DNA from: Octopus vulgaris
Lineage: Eukaryota
NCBI GenBank assembly: GCA_951406725.2
Contig: OX597816.1
Span: forward strand, 167,338,001-167,402,000
Direction: 5' to 3'
DNA: 64,000 nucleotides
Shown: one piece after another, positions 1 to 12,002 of the stretch
How positions within the stretch are numbered: position 1 is the first letter of the stretch
Layout: every line of letters starts with the position of its first letter
Program-made: the position numbers and the translations under genes
The notes under the pieces: generated by a model
Seen by the model: the letters and a program-made list of their open reading frames with translations, nothing else
What the model was told of the DNA's origin: nothing
The model's database searches: none

Positions 1-110
1 ACTTTGCCTTTCATCCTTTCGGGGTCGATAAATTAAGTATCAGTTACACACTGGGATCGATGTAGTTGACTTAATCACTTTGCCTGTCCTTGTTTGTCCC
101 CTCTATATTT
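1..110 (+). mobile_element. SINE family A, 3' part (cut by window edge)
   Basis: Central motif actttgcctttcatcctttcggggtcgataaattaagta and the tail tgtccttgtttgtcccctct, shared with 2857-3075 and 17160-17385. Confidence 0.85.
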
Positions 111-387
111 ATAAATGATGGAGATAAAGCAAATGTGAAATAAATAGACGGTAGTCCTCTCCTACCTTGAAGTATATAGCTCTCTGCTCGTTTGAGACAG
201 CAGAATAGAAGATGAAAGGAGATACAAGATATCTCTTTAGTCCCATTAGGTAGTACAATAAGCTTGTGAGAGGAACTGCCAGGAGGTAAGTAAATAAATG
301 TATATCCACCAACAGTTGGAAGATAAGAATGATACTTTTATTAAAACAGAAGCTATCTCATTTGAAAACATACATATCTTATGTCAG

Positions 388-423
<36 letters not shown>

Positions 424-1249
424 TACCATTAAAGTGGCAGGTTTGTAAAATTTTGTGTTGGGCAAAATATCTAGTGGCGTTTCTTTCAGGTTTTGAGTTC
501 AAACCCTACCAAGGTCAATTTCATCCTTTCAGGTCCGACAAAATAAAATTCTGTGGTTAATGTTATCAACAAATATCCTCTCCTCAAATTTGCTGGCTGG
601 CTCTGTGCCAATATTACAATTAATGTTTTTGTTGTTACAACAACAACGGATTCTTACTGCACAGGAGAGCACATATCAAACAGCTGAGTAATTTTTTTTC
701 CCTCTTTCCCATTCAAAATACCGAATGTTCTAAGATGTGTGCAAATCCTAGCTCTACATATTATTGGCGGTGTTGGTGTTGTGTTAGGCACAGGAGCTAG
801 TAAACAAACAACTGGAAGGTTTACCTTTCAGTGAAAGTGATAACACACAGAACAGAAAGGAAATAAAAAAAAAAAGACACACACACTAAAACATCATTAT
901 TTAATACCCAGGTTCCATACTGAGATGGGTTGGACTAAACATCATTTAACATCCTTTCAGGAGATCTTTGACAATATTGATTCATCAACAAGTATGTCAA
1001 GAATTATTATCACCATAATTTTATGCCTGTTTTGGAGGGTTGTGGTGAGAATCCATGAGACCCACTAATCCATGCCAACATCTAGCTGATAAAGTAAAAG
1101 AGAAAAATAAACGGCTGAAACTTTTGGATAGCAAGATATTTTTGACAGTATTCTATGGCTTGATGCCCTTTCTATCAACAACCAATCTACAGAGTGTTCT
1201 GGGTGCATTCTATTATGCCATCACCTACAAAAAAAACCCCCCAAAAAAC

Positions 1250-1527
1250 TGGCATTCCATTGGTTACATCGATGGGGGTTCTGATTGATCCAATCAAGGG
1301 AACACTCCACAGACACATGCACCCTTAATGTAATTCTCAGGAAGATTCTGTGTGACACAGAATATGACAAGACTGGCCCTTTGAATTACAATTTATTTCT
1401 GCTAGCTGGGTGGACTGGAGCAATGTGAAATAAGTTTCTTGCTCAAGGACCCAATGTGCTGCCAGGAATTGAACTCATGACCTTATGGATTCAAGCCAAA
1501 TATTATATCAACTAAGTCAGGCACCTT
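1250..1527 (-). mobile_element. tRNA-derived SINE family C
   Basis: Reverse complement matches 23182-23480 (gtccttgagcaagacactttatt...ccagtccactcagctggcaaaaatg). Confidence 0.8.
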
Positions 1528-1626
1528 CGCTGCCATCTTCTGTAAAGCAATTGTACTTGTCCATTTATTGTTAAGTTGCTTGGTATTTCTCAATTGAAAA
1601 TTTAAGACAATAGAAAGAAGAAAATA

Positions 1627-1833
1627 AGGCAGCAAACTGGCTGAATCGTTAGCACACCAGGAGAAATGCTTAGCGGTATTTCGTCTGCCACTATGTTCTG
1701 AGTTCAAATTCAACCGAGGTCGATAAATTAAGTACCAGATATGCACTGAGGTTGTTGTAATCGGCTTAATCCCTTTGTCTGTCCTTGTTTGTCTCCTCTA
1801 TGTTTAGCCCCTTGTGGGCAGTAAAGAAATAAG
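1627..1833 (+). mobile_element. SINE family A with internal deletion
   Basis: Head ggcagcaaactggctgaatcgttagc, B-box-like gagttcaaattc; segment between two gtcga words deleted; tail gtaaagaaataag. Confidence 0.85.
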
Positions 1834-1917
1834 AAAACATTTGATCTAGGAGATGAGAAGTAAACCACATTGGTTTATAAGAATACTTCAAGTAAAGAAC
1901 AAATTCCAAAAGTCCAT

Positions 1918-2255
1918 TATCATCATTAATGTTCACTTTTCCATGCTTGTGCAAGTCAGATGGAATTCATTCAGGCAGATTTTCTATGGCTAGATGCCCT
2001 TCCTGTAGCCAACTCTCAACTGTTTCCAAGCAAAATAATATTTCCCCATGGCCACTCATTTTTCACAGCACATTGGTAATGCATGACAAGGAAACATACA
2101 CACACATACATATACAGTGGGCATCTTTCAGTTTCCATCTACCAAACTCACAAGGCTTTGGTCAGCCCTGGGTTATAAATAGACACGTGCCGTACAGTGT
2201 GACTGAACCCAAAACTGTGTGATTAGGAAATGAACCCCTTAACCATGCAGCCATT
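1918..2255 (-). mobile_element. SINE family E (family-B head plus (GAT)n-tailed 3' end)
   Basis: Inverted homolog of 2440-2820; catcatt tail at the left, B-type head at the right. Confidence 0.75.
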
Positions 2256-2439
2256 CCAATGAATATATAAAATATAAACTTGTAAATACAGACAAAATAA
2301 GATTGAAATCAGTCAGACCAACTTGTCTTTATTAATTAGGATAATTCCTGATGTTAATAAAATACTTGAACATATTTGCCAGGAGGGTAAGCGTTAAGTT
2401 TTAGTGGCTTCGATGAATTTTTAAAGTGATGATATGTGC

Positions 2440-2820
2440 AAGCATAGCTGTGTGGTTTGGGGTTCAGTTCTAGTCTGCAGCACCCGAGACAAGTGTCATC
2501 TATTATAGCCCTGGGATGACTAAAGCCTAGTGAGTGGATCTGGCAGATAGAAACGGAATGAAGCCAAGTGTGTGTGTGTGTGTGTGTGTGTTTTGTCACA
2601 TGTTAATTGCAAATGAGTGTCACCATCATACAGTGTCTTTCATACCAATCATCCATGGAAGCATATCCGGCCAAAAGGAAATGTTATCTTACTTGGAAAC
2701 CTGTGAGGGTTGGCAACAGGAAATGCATCCGGCCATAAAAAATATCTGTCTCAATGAATTCCATCTGATTCATGCAAGCATGGAAAAACAGACAATAAAA
2801 CAATGGGGATGATGATGATT
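2440..2820 (+). mobile_element. SINE family E
   Basis: B-type head (gcatagctgtgtgg...gggttcagttc...caagtgtc), internal (TG)n, 3' module gagggttggcaacaggaa...catgcaagcatggaaa and gatgatgat tail. Confidence 0.75.
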
Positions 2821-2856
2821 ATTGCAGTCGGGGATGATGATTATTGATGATGATAA

Positions 2857-3075
2857 GGCGGTGAGCTGGCAGAAACGTTAGCATGCCGGGCGAAATGCTT
2901 AGCAGTATTTCATTTGCCGCTACGTTCTGAGTTCAAATTCCGCCAAGGTCGACTTTACCTTTCATCCTTTCGGGGTTGATTAAATAAGTACCAGTTGCAC
3001 ACTGGGGTTGATGTAATTGACTTAATCCCTTTGTTTGTCCCCTCTGTGTATAGCTCCTTGTGGGCAGTAAAGAAA
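2857..3075 (+). mobile_element. SINE family A, near full length (tRNA-derived head; central motif resembles the Meta-SINE domain)
   Basis: ggcggtgagctggcagaaacgttagc (A-box-like), gagttcaaattcc (B-box-like), gtcgactttacctttcatcctttcggggttgat; many copies in the window. Confidence 0.9.
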
Positions 3076-5146
3076 TGGATGATTATTGCAGTCATCAAAG
3101 ACTGTCAACCAAAGACAATACACTTCAAATCCTACTTTGTCTCCATTTTATTTGGCTTACTTTCAATCCAGGTTTACACATTAGGAAATGTTGTTCCAGC
3201 ATCACTGATGTTTAGCCCGTGATCGATCACAAACACAGCAAACCTATTGATTCCAGTATTACTCTGAAGAATCACCACTAATCTCATCCAACAACTAAGA
3301 TTGTCACTTTAGACTATTTATTGGTTAAAATGTATAACTGAATATCACTAACACACATTTCAATAGTTTTTTTTTTGTTTTTTTTTTTAAATACTGGAAC
3401 AGAGCAATCTTTAGAAACCTGAAACCTTGTAAAGTTTTCTGCTTGAGCACCCAAACAACTATCTATGAATAAAACAGAAAACCTTGTGGAGATTTACAAT
3501 ATTAATTTTCCCATGCCCTTATTCGCATCAATACACACACACACACACGTATATATGTGTTACATATGTAACAGATGTATATACAAACACAAACTTGTAT
3601 GCGTGTGACCAGAAATCAAGATAAAAAAAAATTATGCTGGTATCATATCAAGCAATGTCTTTCATTAACACTTCTGCCGCCAATTTGCTGATATCGGTGT
3701 GTGTAGGCATGGCTGTGCAGTTAAGAAGTTTGCTTCACAAAAATGGGATCAGTTCCACAGCCTGGCACTTTGGGCTAATGTTATCTGCTATACTGTGCGT
3801 GCGTACATGTGTGCGTGTTCTACCAACAATTATAACGAGTCTTTCATTAATGCTTTTGACGCCAATCTACCAGGACCAAATTAAAACCTTATCCAATATA
3901 TTTTCAAGGAGAGTCAGCAGATAAAAGCGGGAGGGGGGAAAATAAATTAAGAAAATGGAGGTGGGGGTAAGCTAATTAGAAAATGGTTCCTGATTCAGGT
4001 CTTTGGAAATAGTTGGTCACAGAAAGACATCAAAATATGAAAGGAAAAGAATGAGCTTAGAAAGCCGTTTACAAGAAGAAACACATGACACATGGGGTCT
4101 AAGTCTTTTCAAATATCAAAATGGCTATTGATTATTAGACAAAAGTCTTAATGAAGATGGAAGATCAATTGAAATGCGAAGCAGGAATTTAAACAGAAAA
4201 TAGGAACAAAGAAAAAATAAACAAAAAAAAAAAAAACCCTGCCAATAAATGAAATGAATGAATACGCATCTTTGTAAATAACAGAAACGGCTTCTCTCAT
4301 GTCAACAAAGTGTTAGTTGAATTTAAGTTAATCATTATTGTCAATATTAATTAGTTGGATGACGAAGCTTACATCATGTGCACACACATACACTAAACAG
4401 ACACTTATTCATAAAATATTACAAACCAGCGCAAAAGTAGATCATAAAAACAAAAAAAAAAATCACTGAGACTTGTTAATTAAAAATCTATTTATTATTT
4501 TGTGTCGTTAAGAGTTGAGATGACAACATGTTCCAGTCACTAAACTTGATGACTACATAGTTCCAGAAACCTTGAATTTACAGTTATTTATATAACATTA
4601 AACAATTATATTCATAACAAGCATTCCATAATACTCATCAGATTAACAGCTATGATAGTGACTAATTAATTGAGATTAAATATAATTTAGTCACCGTCTC
4701 CTATATTAGAGGTAATAAATTTCATTTATGTATGTGGTTGGTTGTAAAGACACATCACTGATGAGGCTCAAGAGCACTGAAATGTAGTTGCTGCTGGAAT
4801 GATTTTTCCATCTCCCTCTGATATCTTTTACTTGTTTCAGTCATTAGACTCTGGCCATGCTGGGGCACTGCCTTGAACTTTTAATCATGAATTGATCCCA
4901 GGACATTACTTTTCTTTTTTAAACTGGGTACTTTATCAGTTTCTTTAGCCAAACTACTAAGTTATAGGGATGTAAACACACCAACACCAGCTGTTAAACA
5001 GCAAAAGAGAACTGGGGTCAATTTATTTACTTAAAGTTCTATAAGGTGGTGCTCCAGCATGGCTGAAACGAAATAAAAGTATTCTGACGAACTATGAAGA
5101 TATTTTCTTCATTATATTCCTTGGTTGAAAAACGAGTAAGGTTTAA

Positions 5147-5492
5147 CCCTTTCGTTACTGTATTTCTTTTGAGATGCTCTGTGTTTCAATTAATTTTAAA
5201 TATAACAAAGAATTTAGTATAAATTGTGACTAAGGTTTGGTTTCAGCTGGGTTGGTAATGAAGGGGTTAACCCTTTCGTTACTGTATTTCTTTTGAGATG
5301 CTCTGAGTTTCTTTCAATTAATTTTAAATATAACAAAGAATTTAGAAAAATAATTTAGTTATCATTAAGCTAGTGTTATGAACATAAATTGGGACTAAAG
5401 TTTGGTGGAAGATTTTAGTTCAAAACTTATGAAAACAAGACATTTGTACTACAGAGCCAGAAGCAGTTTCAGCCAGGTTGGCATTGAAAGGT
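5147..5492 (+). mobile_element. Two head-to-tail piggyBac-type MITEs (deleted copy 5147-5266, fuller copy 5271-5492)
   Basis: TTAA at 5143, 5267 and 5493; termini CCCTTTCGTTAC...GTAATGAAGGGG; both units start with the same sequence. Confidence 0.8.
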
Positions 5493-5939
5493 TTAATGAC
5501 AGGAAGCGGACTTGGCTATAAACAAATGTTGCAATAACACATATGTGGCTTGGGGAAAAGGCCTTAATGATTCACATAGCTAAAAAAAATTTATCAATGT
5601 TAGGTTTATACTGAGTATTTTCTTCCTTCCGTAGAAGCATTCCAAGACTGTAGTTTATTACTTATTTCTGTAATCTTGTGTAAAGTACTTCCTCGAATGT
5701 ACCAAATCATTAAGTTAAATGAAATAATTGCGGGGATGCTGATGGAAAAATAGGAAACTAAAATAAATAAAACCGATAAACGAGAAAGATGCACTTCAAA
5801 AGTAAGAGAGCTCTGTGTAACAGGAAGGACATTCTCCAAATTTGGGGGACAATATTTGTGAATATTTCAACAAGCATGGGAAATACAAGCAGAGAAATTG
5901 GTCTGGCTTTCATAAACCATTGATGGGAGAAAATATCTA

Positions 5940-6315
5940 CTCTCTCTTTTACTTGTTTCAGTCATTTGACTGTGGCCATGCTGGAGCACCGCCCTTTAGT
6001 CGAGCAAATCGACCCCGGGACTTATTCTTTGTAAGCCCAGTACTTATTCTATCGGTCTCTTTTGCCGAAACGCTAAGTGACGGGGACGTAAACACACCAG
6101 CATCGGTTGTCAAGCAATGCTAGGGGGACAAACACAGACACACAAACATATACACACACATATATACGACAGGCTTCTTTCAGTTTCCGTCTACCAAATC
6201 TATTCACAAGGCATTGGTCGGCCCGAGGCTATAGCAGAAGACACTTGCCCAAGGTGCCACACAGTGGGACTGAACCCGGAACCATGTGGTTGGTAAGCAA
6301 GCTACTTACCACAAG
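5940..6315 (-). mobile_element. tRNA-derived SINE family B, near full length
   Basis: Reverse complement gives tggtaagtagcttgc, ccgggttcagtccc, CORE-like caccttgggcaagtg, an internal microsatellite and the tail gaaacaagtaaaaagagag; CpGs retained. Confidence 0.9.
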
Positions 6316-7065
6316 CTGACTGCAGAGCAATGCTGATGGTTTTGGTTAAATTGGTTCCTCTTAATTATTAAGGTTAAAGGGACAAGGTTAAAAATAGCAC
6401 ACAACGGAAGACACACAGACACACACAAGAAAAAGGGAAGGATATTCTACTTATTTCTTTCAACGAGAGATGGTACATCAGCTTGAAAAACGATGCTAAC
6501 TCTATAGAAGGAGGGAGAATTAGGAAAGGAAGTGGGGGTTTAAAGGAGAAGCAGAATAATTAGGTGGAATCACTTATTTTTGGAATTAATAAGTACAAGT
6601 TCAGGAGGTAAACTGAGAAAGAAGATAGAGAAAATGTAATATATTCATCTCAACATCTTTGTCATCCTCTCCAACATTATTATTATTGTGTTGCTGGTCA
6701 GAGTATGGCAACCATTAACTGGTGGTAGTGGCAGCATTTAGCCTGTTTAGTCCTTAAAAAAAAATACCTGTACCTATATTTCTACACCTGGTTCACGGCT
6801 GCAGGAACATCATCATCATTGTTTGATTGAATCAGGTCATTTAGTCATTAGGACAAAAAAAAAAAAAAAAAATTGTTCTATCTTCTATAGATTGAACACA
6901 CACACCAGACTATCGTAAAGTAGAAAATACTTGCCCAAGGTGAGACTGAACCGGAAACTTAACCACATAGCCATACTTCTGCATTCTTTGTGTGTGTGTG
7001 TGTGTATACATACACTCACACAGTACATCAGGTACTTTAAATGTGGCACCAACACCAGTGGTGTA

Positions 7066-7108
<43 letters not shown>

Positions 7109-7111
<3 letters not shown>

Positions 7112-7243
7112 AAGGGCATCCAGCTGTAGAAACACTGCCAGATCAGACTGGAGTCTGGTGCAGCCTCCTGGCTTCCCAGACCCCGGTCGAACCATCCAAC
7201 CCGTGCTAGCGCGGGAAAACGGACGTTAAACGATGATGATGAT
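7109..7243 (+). mobile_element. Family D retroposon, 5'-truncated 3' end, inside a (TA)n tract
   Basis: ggaagggcatccagctgtagaaac...ggacgttaaacgatgatgatgat with (TA)n on both sides. Confidence 0.85.
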
Positions 7244-7931
7244 ATATATATAATTAAGGAATAATTAGCTAACCGATATTGAAATAGATGTATTTATTTT
7301 AATCCCCATACCAAAAGAGTCAATTACATAAAATATCAAGACAAGTGAATGCAGAGTTAAAAATCTTGTATGAAGTTTTCTGCTATCATTTTAAACAAAC
7401 CAGTTTGCCACCTCTTTCTCCTATTTCTGAAAACAAACTGACAAACAAAATATAATTCCAATTTTATATTCCTAATTTTTTGCTCTTTTCTTTAACAATT
7501 GCATATTTAACTACCATTTCTTGCTCTCTCTCTCTCTCTCTCTCACTGGTTGATAGGCTTACCCCCACTCCATTCCTATTGGTGGATTCTCTGGAAATCA
7601 ACTGTCCCCACCATGCAATAAATTTATTTGGTGCCCACTTTAGTAGTTCTAACCCTTTTGTTACCATATTTCTCTTGAAATATGCTGGTTTTTTTGCAAT
7701 TAATTTTGAAAATGAAACATTTATCTAATATGTATTATAGAGCTGATTTTTTTTTTTATGTTTAAAAATAGGTTGATGGGTGGTGAAATGATAGAGATGT
7801 TATTAACTTTTTCTATAATCCATCAGCAACAATCAATTTATTAACTAAATAAAAAAGGGTAGATCCTTCCTTCAAAGTTTCTTGGAAGAAGAGCCTGCCT
7901 GGTGAAAGAATTATTCTAACAGCTCAGGAGT

Positions 7932-8228
7932 GGAGGCACATGGCCTAGTGGTTAGAGCAGCGGACTCGCGGTCGAGGGATTGCGGGTTTGAATCTCAGAC
8001 CGGGCAATGTGTGTGTTTATGAGCGAAACACCTAAGCTCCACATGGCTCCAGCAGAAGGTAACGGCGAACTTTTGCCGACTCTTTCACCACAACTTTCTC
8101 TCACTCTTTCCTCCTGCATCTAGCAGCTCACCTGCGACGGACTGGCGTCTCGTCCAGGTGGGGAACCTATACGCCAAGGAAACCAGGAAACCAGCCCTTA
8201 TGAGCCAGGTGTGGCTCGAGAAGGAACA
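7932..8228 (+). mobile_element. tRNA-derived SINE family F (single copy here)
   Basis: A-box TGGCCTAGTGG, B-box-like GGTTTGAATC, and a 3' motif cctgcgacggactggcgtctcgtccagg...atgagcc...tggctcg of a type seen in invertebrate SINE tails. Confidence 0.75.
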
Positions 8229-8896
8229 TCTTTTGGTAGAACTGTTAGAATGACTGACAAAATGTTTAATAGCATTTCATCTGTCGCTATATTTTGGATT
8301 AAAATTCCACTGAAGTTGACTTTGTCTATCATCTTTTGGGGGTTGAAGAAATAAGTACCAGTTGAGCACAGGAGTAAATGTGTTACTCAAAATGAAAATG
8401 GCCATATTTTCTGGTGTTACTTTGCAATTATTTAAAGTGATCTAAACTGAAACCTTCCATTAAAAAAAATTTCATGTAAATTCACATGACAAATACTAGC
8501 TTAATAATAAAGCTTTCACAAATTTATTGTTCACCATCATCTTCTAACAGCCATTGTCCATGTTGGAGGGTTTGATCAGGATTGTTAAGCTGAGGGTTTG
8601 ATACTTCAACAGAAATATTGTATCAAAATGGTTAAAGTAGGTTGACTTGTGAGTAAGTTCACAAGAGATGTTCATATTTACAACACCAACCTTGTGACTG
8701 TCTCTATTGGATTTCACAAGTTGACAAGTGATGACAATAAAGAATAAAAGTCAATATTATGTTGTGGCTAGATAAGATAAAAAACAAAAATGCTTACCTT
8801 CACATGTTAACACAACACAGACAAAACTGATTGATGTCAGAAGAGAATAATAAAATAACTATAAACAACTTCAGATTCAATCAGTGCAACAGAGTT

Positions 8897-9320
8897 ATCA
8901 TCATCATCATCATCATTTAAGGTCAGTTTTCCACTCTAGCACGGGTTGGACGGTTCGACAGGGGTCTGGAAAGCCAGGGGCTGCACCAGGCTCCAGTCTG
9001 ATCTGGCAGAGTTTCTACAGCTGGATGCCCTTCCTAACGACAACCACTCCACGAGTGTAGTGGATGCTTTTTACGTGCCAGATATTAAACCATATTCATC
9101 ATTTAGCATCTGTTGTCCATGCTGGCATGGGTTGGACGGTTTGACCAGGGATAGAAGGCTGCACCAGACTCCAGTCTGATTTGGCATGGTTTTTCTATGA
9201 CTGGATTCCCTTCCTAATGCCAACCACTCAGAGTGTAATGGGTGATTGTATGTGCCATTGGCAGAAGTGCCATTTGTGTGACACCAATATCTGCCAAGAC
9301 TGATTTTACTTGATGGGTCG
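8897..9320 (-). mobile_element. Two adjacent family D retroposon fragments
   Basis: Each begins on + with catcatcatttaa/catcatttag and contains ctggatgcccttcctaa...aaccactc. Confidence 0.8.
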
Positions 9321-9644
9321 TGTTTGAATAAACAGTAGTTTCAAATTTTGGCCCAGGTCCAGCAATTTTGGAGGAGGGGTTAAGCCATTTACAATGGCCC
9401 TAACTGGTACTTATTTTATTAGCCCCAAAAGCAAAGAAAACTGAGAAATGTCAGATCATGATATTGTCACAAGACATGGATGGAACTGGTAATGAAAGAT
9501 GGCACACATACACATTGAAAGCTCAAGATGAAAGTATTGTAATTTCTAATTTGATGTGTAGACCTACCTATGTATCATAGAATCAAGTTCAATATCAGAT
9601 TGGTATCAAAAGGATTAATTATCTTCCAATTGCAATCAATAACT

Positions 9645-9968
9645 GGCACTCCAATGGTTATGATGATGAGGGTTCCACTTGATTTGATTAACAGAACAGG
9701 TTGTCCATGAAATTGTAGAGTGCAAGTGGTTGAGGACACCACAGATGTGTATCCTTAACATAGTTCTCAGGGAGCTTCAGTGTGAAAAAGAATGTGGTAA
9801 GACTGGCCCCTTTGAATTACAGGTAGAACTAAGTTTTGCCATCTGAGTGGGCTGGAGCAATGTGAAATAAAGCATCTTGCCCAAGGACACAATGTAATGC
9901 CAGGAATTGAACTCACGACCTTACAAATCATGAGCCAAATATTCTTACCACTAAGCCGTGAACCTTCA
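9645..9968 (-). mobile_element. SINE family C
   Basis: Homologous to 14718-15032 and 23182-23480. Confidence 0.8.
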
Positions 9969-10204
9969 CTGTAAGAAACTCACTTAGTAACCACATGGTT
10001 CCAGGTTACAAGCACCCTAGGTTAACCAACAGCTTGCGAATGAATTTCCTAGATAGAAACTGTGTGGAAGCCTGCCTGTGTGGGTATGTCTGTCCACCAC
10101 CACCGCCACCACTTGAGAACTGTCATTGGTTTGAAAAAAAGAGGCCAACAGAATATGCACTAGACTTGATTAAGTCGTGTGGGGTAGATTTACTCAACTA
10201 ATAC

Positions 10205-10440
10205 TCATTTCTTAACTACCCACAAGGGGCTAAACACAGAGAGGACAAACAAGGACAGACAAATGGATTAAGTCGATTACATTGATCCCAGTGCGTAACT
10301 GGTACTTATTTTATCGACCCCGGAAGGATGAAAGGCAAAGTGGACCTCGGCGGAATTTGAACTTGGAACGTAACGACAGACGAAATAAGGCTACACATTT
10401 CGCCCGGCGTGCTAATGTTTCTGCCAGCTTGCCACCTTCA
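10205..10440 (-). mobile_element. SINE family A
   Basis: Reverse complement of 2857-3075. Confidence 0.9.
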
Positions 10441-10821
10441 ACTAATACCTTTCAAGGAAGTACTCCAACATGGCCACAGCCCACCGACTGAGACAAGAAA
10501 AAGTTGAGCTATTTCAAAGTATCAAAAATGAGAGACCACCCCACCTCCACAACACACTAAAGAAACAAACAAAAAAAACTATAAAAAAAGGGTCTTTTTT
10601 TATGTGTCTTCTAGTTAATTCTCAACGGTTTTAAAAAACCCCGACCAGGTGTTTCTTTTATTTAATGGTTGATGTCTAAGTAAATATTTCAAGAACTGTC
10701 TTCTACCTCTAGAAACAACCCCACCAGCAGTAAATCATCATCTACACCACCATCACCACCACCACCACTGCTGCTGCTGTAGATTGGTTTCTGAGGTAGT
10801 GAGTCAGTCGTTCATCTGGTT

Positions 10822-11237
10822 CAAGCGAGAAAGAGAGAGAGAGAGAGACGAGGGAGAGAGAGGGAGAGACGAAAGAGAGAGAGGGAGACAAGAGAGAGAG
10901 AGACAAGTGAGAGAGAGAGACAAGCGAGAGAGAGAGAGAGAGACAAGCGAGAGAGAGAGAGAGAGAAGTGAGAGAGAGAGAGAGTGAAGGGAGAGAAAGA
11001 GAGAGTGAAGGGAGAGAGAGAGAGAAGCGAAAGAGAGAGAGAGAGAAGCGAGAGAGAGAGAGAGAGACAAGCGAGAGAGAGAGAGAGAGACAAGCGAGAG
11101 AGAGAAAGAGAGACAAGCGAGAGAGAGAGAGACAAGCGAGAGAGAGAGAGACAAGCGAGAGAGAGAGAGACAAGCGAGAGAGAGAGAGAAGGGAGAGAGA
11201 GAGAGAGAGAGAAGCGAGAGAGAGAGAGAGAGAAGCA

Positions 11238-11269
<32 letters not shown>

Positions 11270-11708
11270 AGCAAGAGAGAGAGAGAGAAGCGAGAGAGAG
11301 AGAGAGAAGCGAGAGAGAGAGAGAGAGAGTGAAGCGAGAGAGAGAGACAAGCGAGAGAGAGAGAGACAAGCGAGAGAGAGACAAGCGAGAGAGAGAGAGA
11401 CAAGCGAGAGAGAGAGAGACAAGCGAGAGAGAGAGAGACAAGCGAGAGAGAGAGAAGCGAGAGAGAGAGAAGCGAGAGAGAGAGAAGCGAGAGAGAGAGA
11501 AGCGAGAGAGAGAGAGAGAAGCGAGAGGGAGAGAGAGAGAGAAGCGAGAGAGAGAGAGAGAAGCGAGAGAGAGAGACGAGAGAAGCGAGAGAGAGAGACG
11601 AGAAGCGAGAGAGAGAGACGAGAGAGAGAGACGAGAGAAGCGAGAGAGATAGACGAGAGAAGCGAGAGAGATAGACGAGAGAAGCGAGAGAGAGAGACAA
11701 TAGAGACA

Positions 11709-11779
<71 letters not shown>

Positions 11780-12002
11780 AGCGAGAGAGATAGACAAGCG
11801 AGAGAGATAGACAAGCGAGAGAGATAGACAAGCAAGAGAGATAGACAAGCAAGAGAGATAGACAAGCAAGAGAGATAGACAAGCAAGAGAGATAGACAAG
11901 CAAGAGAGATAGACAAGCAAGAGAGATAGACAAGCAAGAGAGAGACAAGAGTGTGAGAGAAAGAGAGAGAGGCAAGTGACAAAGAGACAAGTGAGAGAGA
12001 GA
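10822..12002. repeat. ~1.2-kb compound (GA)n micro/minisatellite with CAAGC/GAAGC interruptions
   Basis: Units such as caagcgagagagagagaga, gaagcgagagagaga and tagacaagcaagagaga; pure (GA)n core at ~11712-11776. Confidence 0.97.

Noticed and set aside
3160-3265. Minus-strand exon candidate bounded by ttcttcag and gtaagc
   Set aside because: Stop codons in all three frames
7932-8005. tRNA gene (also tRNA-like heads at 34378, 49039 and 27365)
   Set aside because: A/B boxes are present but there is no intact cloverleaf, and the heads mostly continue into SINE bodies
11780-11945. Regular ~17-bp repeats as a possible CRISPR array
   Set aside because: No unique spacers, no cas genes, eukaryotic context; ordinary minisatellite
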